DNA of 64,000 nucleotides from Octopus vulgaris (lineage: Eukaryota): the NCBI GenBank assembly GCA_951406725.2, contig OX597817.1, positions 33,356,001-33,420,000 on the forward strand. Reading direction: 5' to 3'. Every line of letters begins with the position of its first letter. Positions within the stretch are counted from its first letter, which is position 1. Both the position numbers and the translations under genes were made by a program. Below are positions 26,712-39,172 of the stretch, in pieces. The notes under the pieces are model-generated. The model was given only the letters and a program-made list of their open reading frames with translations, was not told the DNA's origin and ran no database searches.

Positions 26712-27138
26712 GTATGGAATGACACCGTTGCCAACCTCAGTCTGTTGGCTCTTGGTACGAGTGCTCCAGAAATATTACTGTCTGTTATTGAGATTCTGGG
26801 TAATGGTTTCTGTGCTGGTGCTCTTGGACCATCAACCATTGTTGGTTCAGCTGCTTTCAACTTATTCGTCATATCTGGTATCTGTATCATGACAATTCCA
26901 AACGGTGAATTCCGACGCATCAAAAGTATGCGGGTGTTTGGTATCACCTCATTCTTTTGCCTTTTTTCTTACATGTGGCTTGCCATTGTTTTGCTAGCCA
27001 GTAGTCCGAATGAAGTGGAACTGTGGGAAGCTATTGTGACTTTCCTCTATTTCCCACTTCTCATCCTTATTGCCTATTTGGTTGACCGGAAGTGCTGTAT
27101 TGAGGATAAATCCACAGGAATTTATGAAATAGCAATGG
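26712..27138 (+). CDS. NCX exon: alpha-1 repeat and TM2-5
   Basis: VWNDTVANLSLLALGTSAPEILLS...LGPSTIVGSAAFNLF...VELWEAIVTFLYFPLLILIAYLVDRK. Acceptor catttAG, donor ATGG|GTAAGA. 427 nt, phase 0 to phase 1. Confidence 0.97.
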
Positions 27139-29392
27139 GTAAGATATTTTTTTAATATGAGTGTATGTGTGTGTATGTGTATTATTTTCTTAAATGAGGC
27201 ACAAAGACAATACATCTTGAATGGAATCAGGCATAGCAATTTAAATCAATATTGGTTCTAATGAAATGACAAATCAAAATATTCACTGATATAATCTGAT
27301 ATTCTTGAAAGTTCTAAATTAGAAACTTTAAGCCTTTTAATATTTAAACTGGTCATGTCTGACTCAAATATTCTGTATTATATTAAAATCAGTTAGGTCT
27401 AGCCTTTCACACCTTGTCCACAATATCATAACAATAAACAGTCACATCATTGAAATTCAAAACTATGAGATGATGCTCAACTAATTCAAGACATTGTGGA
27501 TAAATAAGCATTTCATTTAACAGAGTAATCTTAATGCTAAAGGGCTAAAGCATCTAAATTAGCCCATTACTGCTTAAATTAAGCTGCTCATTGTAGAATA
27601 CAGTTAGTCCTGGCTTCGACTCCCTTTTGAAAGAATTTTTTAGCCTTGTTCTTGATATCTTTGAGAAAAACATAACTATTAAGTACATAAGAATTTGTGG
27701 CCCTTTCCATAAGAAATCAATATTTGATGAGGGTTGATGAGGGTAGCTAAAACAGTAAAATAATAAACTGGCTGTTTTAGTGAATATAATTTGGTTTTAC
27801 CTATTTGGTGCTATTATTACTTTGTGCACATAAAATATGCATCAGTAATATATTAGGATTGATTCAGTTAACTACACTGCCTTCCTTACCTATCTAAATT
27901 GACCTTGTGCCCAGTCATCAGCATTAATATTTTTCTGTTTTTCCATTTTTTTTTTCAGACTGATAATATTTATATGAGTTTCAAATATTCCCAATGTATT
28001 ACATTTTATCTTACAGCAAGTGAAATTTAATAGATTTTTTAAAGGATATTTTTATATTTAATTTATCATATTTGATTGTTTTTGTTCATCACCATCCAGT
28101 GTTTTAAATCCAGGTTTTGTCCCTGTTGGCAGGGGTGGCCGGATCTACCTTAATGCCATTGCAGCTGCCCTTACACCATCTTGCCATCTTTAATCTAAAT
28201 ATTTACTTATCCCAAAAAATAAGAAACAGTAACAACTCATTTTCCTTTTAAACATTCACTGACAAATGCTTATATCATATATCTTATGATTTCAGAGCTA
28301 TTTTGCACTGTATTAAAATACTAGTGTCAAAATGTAACAGTGTATCAATATTCCTCCACCCTGGTTTTGTTATACTTCAATAAACAATCTACTTCGTATT
28401 TTTTAAAGAAATTCTTTCTTATATATAATTGTGTGTGTGTGTGGTAATAGTAGGAACATTCAATATGAACTTTTGTTTTCTTTCTCATTTGTATAACATA
28501 CCAAAGACACCTACATAGTTAAAATCTTTGATCGCTAATTGATGGCAGTTTAATGTTTTAAAGATAAGTACAGTAGCAATGTGAAACAAAATATAAATAA
28601 ATTGCTGATTTTTATATTTGCATTTATTTACAACTAAATTTTAAATAATCTAAATGACACCAGCTGCCTACCAGAGAAATGAGTGTATTTAAAAAGTGAT
28701 GCTTTGGGTACCAGATGCTGTTGAAGCTGAAATAGTCACCACTCTGAATTGCTTACTTGGGCTTAATCTTTTACCCCTTGTGACGTTTCTGACTCATAGA
28801 TTCCCCAAACATTCTTGAACACTTCCAAATCCAGTCTCTATACAGATGTCACACTACTACACACCCAAGGCTCATTCTGATCATTTAATCTCATCTCATC
28901 TTATCAACACAATCCCACTTTACAGCACCAGCTGACTACACATGTACACCACTGTTGCTGTCACTAGAATCTATTATCTGGAAACCATCAAGTATTTCAC
29001 AGCAAGCTGTGCAGCTACTCTACTGGTAAAACACCACAGCCTACAATACTTGGCAGAAAACCCCACTATTACTAATTAGGAGGATTTCTGTGTTGCTTTT
29101 TCATTTTTTGACTGACATTCCTGCCATGAACCTCCTCTTTTTTTTTCCTTTTGTAAAGGCATGATGTGCCTTTCCAGAGTCACATCAAGCAATGTGGTGT
29201 CTTTTATTTTATTTTTCTATACAGCAACTAAGAGAATTTTCAGTAAACCAATCTTGTGCAAGATGGCCATCAGGAGAATAAAAAATGCTCTTGTGAATTG
29301 CACAACCCACTGACTCTTTTTTTACTTTCCCAAATACACTTGGGAATTCTAGTCAAAAGATTTTTTATCAAATTTGGCTGATTCTTACAAAT

Positions 29393-29736
29393 CGGAGACC
29401 CCCTTCGGTCACGACACAGACCATGGGATTGCACCTAGATAGTTACCCTCCTAGACACAAGTCCAGGCGAGGTTGTTTATGGAAGACCAGCAGTCGCCCA
29501 TGCATACCAGCCTCCCCTCTCCACACCACCAGTGTTAACCAAGGGAAAGACAAAGGTCGATACAGCTTGGCACCAGTGACGTCGCAACTCATTTCTACAG
29601 CTGAGTGAACTGGAGCAACGTGAAATAAAGTGCCTTGCTCAAGAACACAACATGCAGCCCGGTCTGGGATTCGAGCTCACAACCTCACGATTGTAAGCTC
29701 GACGCTCTAACCACTGAGCCATGCGCCTTCAAATAC
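29393..29736 (-). mobile_element. tRNA-derived SINE
   Basis: A box TGGCTCAGTGG and B-box-like GAGCTCGAATCCC on the minus strand. 10-bp TSD TCTTACAAAT (29383-29392, 29737-29746). Confidence 0.85.
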
Positions 29737-30075
29737 TCTTACAAATACAGTCACACTATTCACTGCTAATTATACCTGCAGCATTTTCTACTCATCAAAT
29801 CATCACCGGCATAATCTTTCTGTCATATTATCCTTTAAAGTCATAATTTTAAGATTATTCATTATCCTAATGCAAACTCATCAATGAAACATGCAAAATA
29901 ATAATAATAGTATAAAAAAAATAATGAATAAAAATAGTTTTACTTTATTGTATACTGACAGGTAATTTTTGTATGCTCTTTTCCATTTGGTACTGCTCCT
30001 CCCTCTTGTTTTCTTTATGTTGTGTCTGATAATAAGACTAAAGCTAATGTCTTTTTCTATGTTCAACTACAACAG

Positions 30076-30090
30076 CACCAGAGGCAAAAG
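30076..30090 (+). CDS. Candidate NCX microexon, 15 nt (APEAK)
   Basis: gctaat branch-like site, pyrimidine tract, then caacAG|CACCAGAGGCAAAAG|GTAAGC. Symmetric phase 1, no stop. Confidence 0.7.
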
Positions 30091-30867
30091 GTAAGCTGTG
30101 TTCTTATGTCAGAAATTTCATTAGAAAGCTAAAAGCAATTGAAACGGGTGTCTTTTAATTATTCAAAATTTTGATTATTATTATTATTAAAACACTTCTT
30201 TCTGGTTTAGTTACCATAAATGTGAATTCATTTGAGTTTATTTTCTTATATTCAAATGACTTATTTCTAGTTGGAAAGGAAATGTAGTGAAAGAAACAGC
30301 CAAGCAATTTGATTAAATGTTTAGTGGTATTTAGTTACGTCATTTTATATTCTGAACTGTTGCATAGCATGAGTGAGACCACAGGGGTGGTTGTCCTGAG
30401 GAAAACATTCTTAAGAGCACAAAATTAACAGAACTAAAAACATATGTGAAGTAGTAATAACAAAAATAGTTTGCCCCCCTTGCAGTACTTGCCTTGCCCT
30501 GGACACTCACAGCTTGCAGTACACTGTTGGTTGTGAGTTTAGTTCCTTCCAAGATAATTAACAAATTGTATCAGTAATGCTTTAGGGTTAATTTAATCAA
30601 CTGTACTTGTGTTACTGCTAAAAACCATATCTTATAGGTGTATAGTCTACGAAATTCAACTCTAATAGATGTGTATGGATATTTACCTTTATGCACTTTT
30701 TTTATTGAGAAGATTATGCATAGCTAGGGAAAAAAAAAATCCTTTATCACTGTTAGTTGAGGGCCAATGTTTCTAATTTTTTCTCTAGAATAATTATGTC
30801 TTGTCAGAGGCAGTTAACTCTTAAAGGGGATAAACTTAAACTTTATTTTTTCTGTCACAAACATTTG

Positions 30868-31092
30868 TACTCTTTTACTTGTTTCAGTCATTTGACTGTG
30901 GCCATGCTGGAGCACCGCATTTAGTCAAGCAAATCGACCCCCAGGACTTATTCTTTGTAAGCCTAGTACTTATTCTATTGGCCTCTTTTGCCAAAGCGCT
31001 AAGTTACGGAGATGTAAACACACCAGCATAGGTTGTCAAACGATGCTGGGGGGACAAACACAGACACACAAGCATATACACACACACATACA

Positions 31093-31128
<36 letters not shown>

Positions 31129-31865
31129 CAAAATCAGAAAATGGAGAAATACATCTAAAGCATTAATCAACTATCAGAAAATACCCAATCACATACTTTA
31201 TTGAACCACTACATAAGAACATTAAGGTTAAACAAAACAGCGTACATGAATGAGTAATACAATACAATAGGTACAATCATTACAAGAGGATATAAATAAA
31301 TAAATATTATATTTATATCTATTTATATTTATTTATTTATATCCTCTTGTAATGATTGTACCTATTGTATTGTATTACTCATTCATGTACGCTGTTTTGT
31401 TTAACCTTAATGTTCTTATGTAGTGGTTCAATAAAGTATGTGATTGGGTATTATCTCATAGTTGATTAATGATTTAGATGTCTTTCTCCATTTTCTGATT
31501 TTGTATTATTAATTTATGGTAAAAATAATTTTACCTTTGCCCATGTAATACAGTAAATGAATTAATTGCATCGCAATTCTTAACATTTATGTATTAACTT
31601 TGTTGGGTAATTCACTAGCAGTATATTGGATATATGTTATCCCATGGAGGGTTGAATTTGCAACCCCTATCTCAATTTGTATATATATATATATATATAT
31701 ACGACGGGCTTCTTTCAGTTTCCATCTACCAAATCCACTCACAAGGCTTTGGTCTGCCTGAGGCTATATAGAAGACACTTGCTCAAGGTGCCATGCAGTG
31801 GGACTGAACCCAGAGCCATGTGGTTCGTAAACAAGCTACTTACCACACAGCCACTCCTATGCCTA
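30868..31865 (-). mobile_element. SINE interrupted at its (TA)n by a ~550-bp insert containing a long palindrome
   Basis: SINE halves at 30868-~31126 and ~31679-31865 match 23596-24028. Confidence 0.85.
31127..31505. repeat. Long near-perfect palindrome, ~180-bp arms
   Basis: 31127-~31306 is the reverse complement of ~31326-31505. About 4 mismatches seen, all in the outer part. Confidence 0.95.
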
Positions 31866-32394
31866 TGTACACTCAACATTCTAGTTTTCTACCTATAAAT
31901 CATCCTCCCTCTTAACAACTCTGCCAGTTTACCTCTTTTAATGAATTCAAAAGATGAATCCATTAAATTCAGAGGTTGTAACTAATCAAAGTACAAATCA
32001 TAGGCAAGTAAAGGTAAGTGGCTTGCGATTATTGTGTTGGCTTCACGATCATAGAGTTGTGAGTTCAGTTCCTAGACTGAGTGGAATGTTGTATTTTTGT
32101 GTAAGGTACTTCATTGCTCAGCTGAAAATGAGTATCAGCTGATTGCAAGTGCAGCTCTCTCCTTAGTTATCATATCTTCAATGTTCTACTGGGTTAAGAG
32201 TTGCAGCACCAAGAGGGGAGGTCTATATTTTCTATCAAGTCATATCCATTTTTGAGTGATGGCTAAGCCAGTCATAGATAATCTCAGAATCAACAAGAGT
32301 TAAGACATTTTTGTTACTATTCTGGTTGATCAATTCAATATAAATATGTTCATAATAAAAGCATATGCAGTAGTTTATAATTTCGATGACATTC

Positions 32395-32720
32395 CCTGGT
32401 CTGGTGGTACGTAAAAAAGCACTATCCGACTCGTGGCCGATGCCAGCGCCGCCTCGACTGGCTTCCATGCCGGTGGCACGTAAAATACACCAATCCGACC
32501 ATGGCCGTTGCCAGCCTCGCCTGGCACCTGTGCAGGTGGCACGTAAAAAGCACCCACTACACTCACGGAGTGGTTGGCGTTAGGAAGAGCATCCAGCTGT
32601 AGAAACATTGCCAGATAAAGACTGGAGCCTGGTGCAGCCTTCTGGCTTCCCAGATCCCCGGTCGAACCGTCCAACCCATGCTAGCATGGAGAACGGACGT
32701 TAAACGATGATGATGATGAT
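32395..32720 (+). mobile_element. SINE with (GAT)n tail
   Basis: Homologous to 14960-15407 and 58020-58330. Confidence 0.85.
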
Positions 32721-33122
32721 TTTGAAAGATTTCCCTAATTATATATTTGCATTTAAGATTTCAAATAATTTTCTAACATAAACACAATACCACAAATAGT
32801 TGTGGGGGGTGGGGAAAAAGGTATCCAGTTGACTCTGGTGCTTATTTATCCAGTACTTAGCAATCTCAGGTGGGGAAGGGCAAAGTTGACTTTGGCAGGA
32901 TTTGAATACTGAATGTAAAGTGAGGCAAATAGATATTGGTTTCAAATTTTGGTACAGGGTAGCAGGTTTGCGAGAAGGGCTAAGTCTATTAAACCAACCT
33001 CAGTGTTCAAATGGTACTTATTTTATCAACCCAAAAGGATAAAAGGCAAAGTTGAACCCAGAAAAAGCAAATAAATACTGTAAGGCATTTTGTTCAATGC
33101 TTTACATATTCTGCTAATTAAC

Positions 33123-33404
33123 AAAGTTTTCAGAAGGACTTCTAACAGCAAATGGCACAAAGGATGCACAAAGAATAGATAAGTTCATAGTGAAACCTGC
33201 CTATAACATGTCTTTGATTTCTGGCAGGTCATTTGGCTTCAGTTATGTTACTATTACTTTTGTAAAGTTTTCAGAAGGTCTTCTAACAGCAAATGGCACA
33301 AAGGATGCATAAAGGATAGATAAGTTCATAGTGAAACCTGCCTATAACATGTCTTTGATTTCTGGCAGGTCATTTGGCTTCAGTTATGTTACTATTACTT
33401 TTGT
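33123..33404. repeat. Tandem duplication, 2 x 141 bp
   Basis: 33123-33263 and 33264-33404 differ at about 3 positions. Confidence 0.95.
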
Positions 33405-33808
33405 AATAGGCATTAACTTTATACCATTACATTTCTTTACTTTATTATAGTTAGGTACACTTGTACATTTTAATAAATTAATGATAAATATATTCATATT
33501 TTTGTTTCCCTAAGCTCATGAAATTTTAGTAGCTACTTTTTCCTTCCATAATATTTTGATTTGCATCTTAAAATTTATGTTTGTTTTAAATTAAAATTTT
33601 TAAGTAAAACTCCTGAATGTAAAGGTTTTCTAGAGAAATTTCTGACAACAAAAATATCATTACGAGACTTGTGTATATTTTGTCTTTATTTTTTCACTTG
33701 TTTGCTGTGTCACTTTTCACTTCTTCCAAGGAAATGTTCCCCACCTACCACTCCTAACAGGAATGAGATTTTTTATATCTGTTTTAAAGATTAATGTTGT
33801 TATTTCAG

Positions 33809-33823
33809 TTGATGCACCAAAAG
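33809..33823 (+). CDS. Candidate NCX microexon, 15 nt (VDAPK)
   Basis: ttaatgttgttatttcAG|TTGATGCACCAAAAG|GTAAAT. Symmetric phase 1, no stop. Confidence 0.65.
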
Positions 33824-35960
33824 GTAAATAATAATAATGTAGATATGTTTCTTTGGGACCAGGGAAACTTTCTTCATTATAACAGAATTATGAAAAGGAA
33901 TTTAAAATTGCATTTTTTATCTTTAGCATCATTTAGGACATTAAATTATAGTATCAAATAAGTTTTGTAATTTGTTTTTCCAAATAGATGATTTTTAATG
34001 GTGATGATTTTCTTTTTTTTTTTTTTGTGCAGCTCTTGTTTTCTTTAACAATCTAAGAATGATGTCATTCAAAAATACAGAAAATGGAGCCTGTTAGAAA
34101 ATAATTTAAGTTTAGAAAATAACATTTTGAGTGGTTAAACTGAAGGATTTTCCATTTGTTTACAAGATATGTGGTAATCTAAGATTTGTTATTAGTGTCA
34201 ACACCATTCAAAGAAAGTTCTCTCTGTTGATAATTAAGAAATGGCAGAAATATGCCTGTAAAGAATATGGTTTATACTTTAAATCTTCACAGAAATTTCA
34301 TGTTGAGATTATTTAGAACATTTGTGTTTTGTTTAGAATCCTTTTTTGCAAAGATATTGAAGGCTACATTACTATTTTTTTTATTATCTTTAGTTTGTAT
34401 ATAACAAGGTAAAGGCAGTTACAATGATGCATATTTTCAAAATGGTCTTTCACATTAGTTCTATAACGTGTCTACTTGTTAATTATTTTTTATGCTATTT
34501 ATAACCATAGTTGACTGTTATTCAAATATATTGCATTTATTTACTATAATAATTTCAAGGTTACTTCATGAAAATGTTCGGGATGCAATTTCCATAGCTA
34601 CGATATGCTACATAGGTTTGTGGTGTGACATTAAAGTAGACAAGATTTAATTGCTATTGAGGAACTCGTGACATATAATAGTTAAATAGATTAAGTTGAA
34701 ACATCTAGAATTTTAAGAGTGTTTGAAGTTTTATCATAATTTTGTTGTTCAGTTGGTATTATGAAACCAGGCTTAAAAATAAGAAAATCTTATCAGATCT
34801 CTCACTTCTTTTGCTTTTATTTTTGCCTTTGTGTAACATTTTAGTTTTAATTCTTATTTAGTTTCTTTCATCATTGTTTCACTTTTAATTTCCTTCTAGT
34901 TTCTGTCATCAAATTACTATATCATTTGTTGACCGGGCAGTTAGAGAAATTTTTGTCTGTAGTCAGCTCCTGTGAATAGTTTGTGAGCATATGGTTTAAT
35001 GTTTCTCTCAAATACATCATTTCTCAATTATTTGTATGTAAACACTTGTACAGTTACTGAGCCTTGTGTTTAAGAAATGAGTGTAGAGGGACAACTGTTT
35101 AGATGATCATGTCATAATTTTTAGTGAATAGACAATAGTCCACTTGGTTTGTATGTATTTAGGTTGGTGTCAATATCATTTGCTCTCAATGTTTTTCATA
35201 GCTTAATTTTTTCTGATATTTTCTTTGTTGGTTAAGATATCATTTAATTTTAATGTGATTCTCTACTATTAAAATTAAAAGTACTTTTAAATATATATAA
35301 AAAAAATAGTAAGGATGTTATAGGGATAGAATCAAACATTTTAAGGAAACTGGTGCCATAAAAATAACTCCAATTGATAAGGGAACTAGGATTTGTTAGC
35401 AAAACAAAGCTTGAGTGAAAATATGCTTTGGTTGTATGGCATGAGGAATGGTTTGAAAATAAATTCTTAAATGCATGTCTAAATGGTTTATTAATTCCTG
35501 ATGTGCTGATCTGTAACAAAGCATGACTTTGAAAGGTTTATAAAAAATGTATCTGTTATTGTATTTTCATTTTGGTCTTTTAAAATGGTTAACTTCTGCA
35601 TGTTGTTGATGCATATCTACAAACAGCACTTTCTTTTTTAACTTCAACTTTATTCTTACTACAATATTTCAAAATAAGTGGTTTCATTGATCAGAAAATT
35701 TATAGATGTTATTTAGATAATCTCATTATTAATGTTAATATCCATCTTTTATTTTTTTACTTGTTTCAATCATTGGACTGTAGCCATTCTGGGGCACCAC
35801 CTTGAAGGGTTTAGTCAAACAAATTGACTCCAGTACTTATTTTTAAGTTTGGTACTAAATTCTATTGGTCTCTTTTGCTGAACCACTAGGTTACCAGGAT
35901 GTAAACAACCAACACCAATTATCAAGGGGTAGGGGGACAGACACACACATACATGTTAAC

Positions 35961-36011
<51 letters not shown>

Positions 36012-39000
36012 GAATGTGTATGTGTATAGTTATATATAAAACAGGCTTCTTTCAGTCTCCATCTAGCACTCACAAGGATTTGGTCAACTCAGGGCTATTG
36101 TAAAAGCCACTTACCCAAGGTGCCATGCAGGGGAACTGAACATAAAACCATGTGGTTTGACTCCTTACCACACAGCCATACCTGTAAACATTGTAACCAA
36201 TTGCAACAGGAAATATTATCTAAAATCTGGTTCCTGAAGTTAATCCAACTGAAACGATCTTTGGTTCCAAGAAACAAAATTTTTCATTTTAAACTGTTTG
36301 TATTTAGACTTAAATCTTCCATTGTCGCTTTATGTAAGAATTGTTTGTTGAATTCCAAACACCAGCTTAATTATCATTGAATTATTATTTTACTAATTGT
36401 TTCCCAATTTTTAAATTTTAGAATTTTTGGATGCACACAATATATTCCAATAGTAATATGATACTGAAAAGGTTAAATAACTTTGTGTCAGAGTAGTAAA
36501 AAAAAAAATCAGTTTTCTGCTTTAAAAATCAATCTAATATCGAACTATTAGAGTAGAGGTAGGAAGGAGAGAATTTGTTTTCAGACAAGATGTCATTTAC
36601 AACATAAATGTATTTTTCCAAAATGTATAAAATTTGAGAGATTACAAACCTGCTTTAGTGTTATGCATTACTATGAAAAATAAGGTCTTTAAACACTCTT
36701 TTACTAATATAAAGTATATCCTTTAAAGCAGATCTACAGAGTGTGTATTTTCTTGGTTTCCTGCAATCCAAATGATGCATTCAAATGTGACATCCCATCA
36801 GTATTTTACACTTGCTTTCCAGTTATCATTGCCCGAGTCAGTTCTTATTGAGTTGCTCTTCCTCTACATGGGCAGTGGAGTATGTCTCGCATGTTTTTGA
36901 CATGGTTTCTATTGCTAGATACCCTTTCTAACACCAATTTGAATGAACTGAAATTTTACAAGCGCAAACGTTTCAAAGTTTAAGATATAATGTCAATGAA
37001 GTCTCTAAATTCATTAGCTATAATGACTGTGCCTGCTAGAAATAGCAGTCAAACTTCACTCAAATATCATTATTAAAAAGGACAGATTGAATACTATACT
37101 TCTATATATACTGCCTGAAAAAAATTAGATTATCAAAAGCCATTCCAGCTGTGGCCATCCAGTCTAAGTACAGTTACTTGATATTCCACTTAAAGTTTGT
37201 TTTTTCAGCTTATGAACAAATTTGAAAAGGCCAGCTTTGTTGAAGAAGCTTATATTTGGTATTGGATGTAGTTTTGTCTAATTATTAGGAATAAGGCCTA
37301 AATGCTAAATAAATAGTCAACGTATTGGTCACTGTGTTGTATCTTATAGTAACAAGGCACTTTCTTTTGTTTGCTTTACTTGAGGTGGCACATTAGTGGA
37401 TTGTGTTAAAAGAAAATACCACAGTGGACTATACTTTTAATAATTCACATGCTTTTAATGTATTATTGAGTGCCAATGAAAAGAAAAACAAAAAGAAAGA
37501 AAGAAAAAACTTATGAATTTCATAACAGTTTAGTGAAATCATCAAAACTTTGAAGTGCCATCATTCAGAATTGAAAGCATGAAAATAATTATGGTATATT
37601 TCTAATTTTGATGGTTTAAATTTTCTGAAAGTTATAAGTACCTGAAGATGTTTTCTTCTTGAGAGAGACATTTGAGATTTTAGAAGTGAATGAAGCTTTG
37701 CTTATATCTTAATGGCAGATTTCTCTATCTTACAGTTCTATCTGCATTTTCCGGCTATCTCTCTCTCTATATATATATATATATTTATTTCTTTTTTATT
37801 TTGCTCAAACACTTGTAAAGCTATCTCTTCATTACTAGAGCTTTTCTCATAATTTATCACTGTTTACTGTCTCCCTAAATTGCTTCTTCTTTCAATTATT
37901 TTGTTTTTCATTTGTAGTAGAATAATTTCTTTTTATTCACTTTCTCTCTAGCTATTTGACAATGTGAACTCCATTAACTTTCCTTTCAAAACCTTTCACT
38001 AGATTTTTCTTTACATATTTCTATATTACTAACCTTTCTTTTATATGAGAGCTGAAATGTAATAGAAGAACATGGAGCATCTAATAGGGTTCAGTTTTCC
38101 TGTCAGATATCCAAAATTTATTTTTTATATTCCACGTTAAATTGGATTTCAGTTTCCTAAATATTTCTCCATTTTTCCTTCTACCTTGAGTTTTCTTTTC
38201 TAAATTTGTCTTGGAGCAAGTGGTTTGTTTTCTAACTCGTATCTAGAGTATTCAGATCAAACTATTTAAAATGAAATATTTTTTATAAGAACAGTAGTAA
38301 GGCAACCACTTAATTCTTAAAATTTCTATCATGAAGAACAATAGTATTTTACCTTAAGGATTTTTCAAAATTGTTCCTGTATTGTTTCAGCTTTTATCTA
38401 ACTGCATAGTACAATTCCTTAGCTTTGTTTTATATATATATATTTAGTTAAACTTTTTATTTTTTATTTAAGGTAATTTTTTTCCTAAACTTCTACAAGC
38501 AGTTAATATTCTTTCAATTTAACTCACTATTTGAAACAATTCTTATCACCTTTTAATATATCTTTATAAATTGATCTTTCTAACTTTTTAACAAATTCTC
38601 AAAACTTTCTCTTAGTTCAGATGACATATTTGAAATTATTCTTTGAAACCTCTGAATATGTCCATATAGCTCTTACTAAAATCATCTCTCATAAATCTAT
38701 TATCAATGCTCATTCTCAATTGTTCTTAATAGATTTTACCTGAATTTTCTTCTTAACCCTTTGCCTGTCTGTTGTATCACAAATAATACATATTTTTCTG
38801 GGATCCATGCATTATATATGATATGAATTCCTAATTTCTTTCAACCACTAGAGTAACTTGGGATTTATGTATTACTAATAACATATGAAACAAAGAATAA
38901 CTAGAAGTCTGAAAAGAAGCATGACTGTTTAGGACAAATTTATCGAAATGCTTTGGAAAGGCAAAAGGTTTAACTTCCCCAAAATTAACATTGTAGATAC

Positions 39001-39154
39001 TGAATGGATCAATATTGAAATGTATCAAGAAGAAAGTTGCTTGTTCACCTACTACAGTCAATCTTACTAAACTGTTACTCTTTCTCTGTGTACTGTTTCT
39101 CTCTTAACATTTCTGTTTCTTTTGTTTTTTTTCCTATAAATTCTGTTGCTTCAG

Positions 39155-39172
39155 ATAAACAGCTTAGCAAAG
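39155..39172 (+). CDS. Candidate NCX microexon, 18 nt (DKQLSK)
   Basis: Very long pyrimidine tract (~39070-39150), then ttgcttcAG|ATAAACAGCTTAGCAAAG|GTAAGC. TGC just upstream of the acceptor. Phase 1, no stop. Confidence 0.75.

Noticed and set aside
27959-28021. Strong acceptor at 27957-58 (reads D-stop) and CAG|CAA|GTGAAA 3-nt candidate
   Set aside because: No convincing donor for the first and a weak donor for the second.
29225-29242. 18-nt in-frame cassette (ATKRIF) with a good acceptor
   Set aside because: Donor TCA|GTAAAC lacks both -1G and +5G. Such matches are expected by chance in AT-rich introns.
34033-34092. 60-nt in-frame segment after a strong tgtgcAG acceptor
   Set aside because: The only available donor (CCT|GTTAGA) is weak, so it cannot be supported without reads.
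29940-38478. Other AG|GT juxtapositions (29961 gacAG|GTAATT, 38472 ttaAG|GTAATT) as recursive sites
   Set aside because: Weaker acceptor and donor than the site at 43663, and indistinguishable from background.
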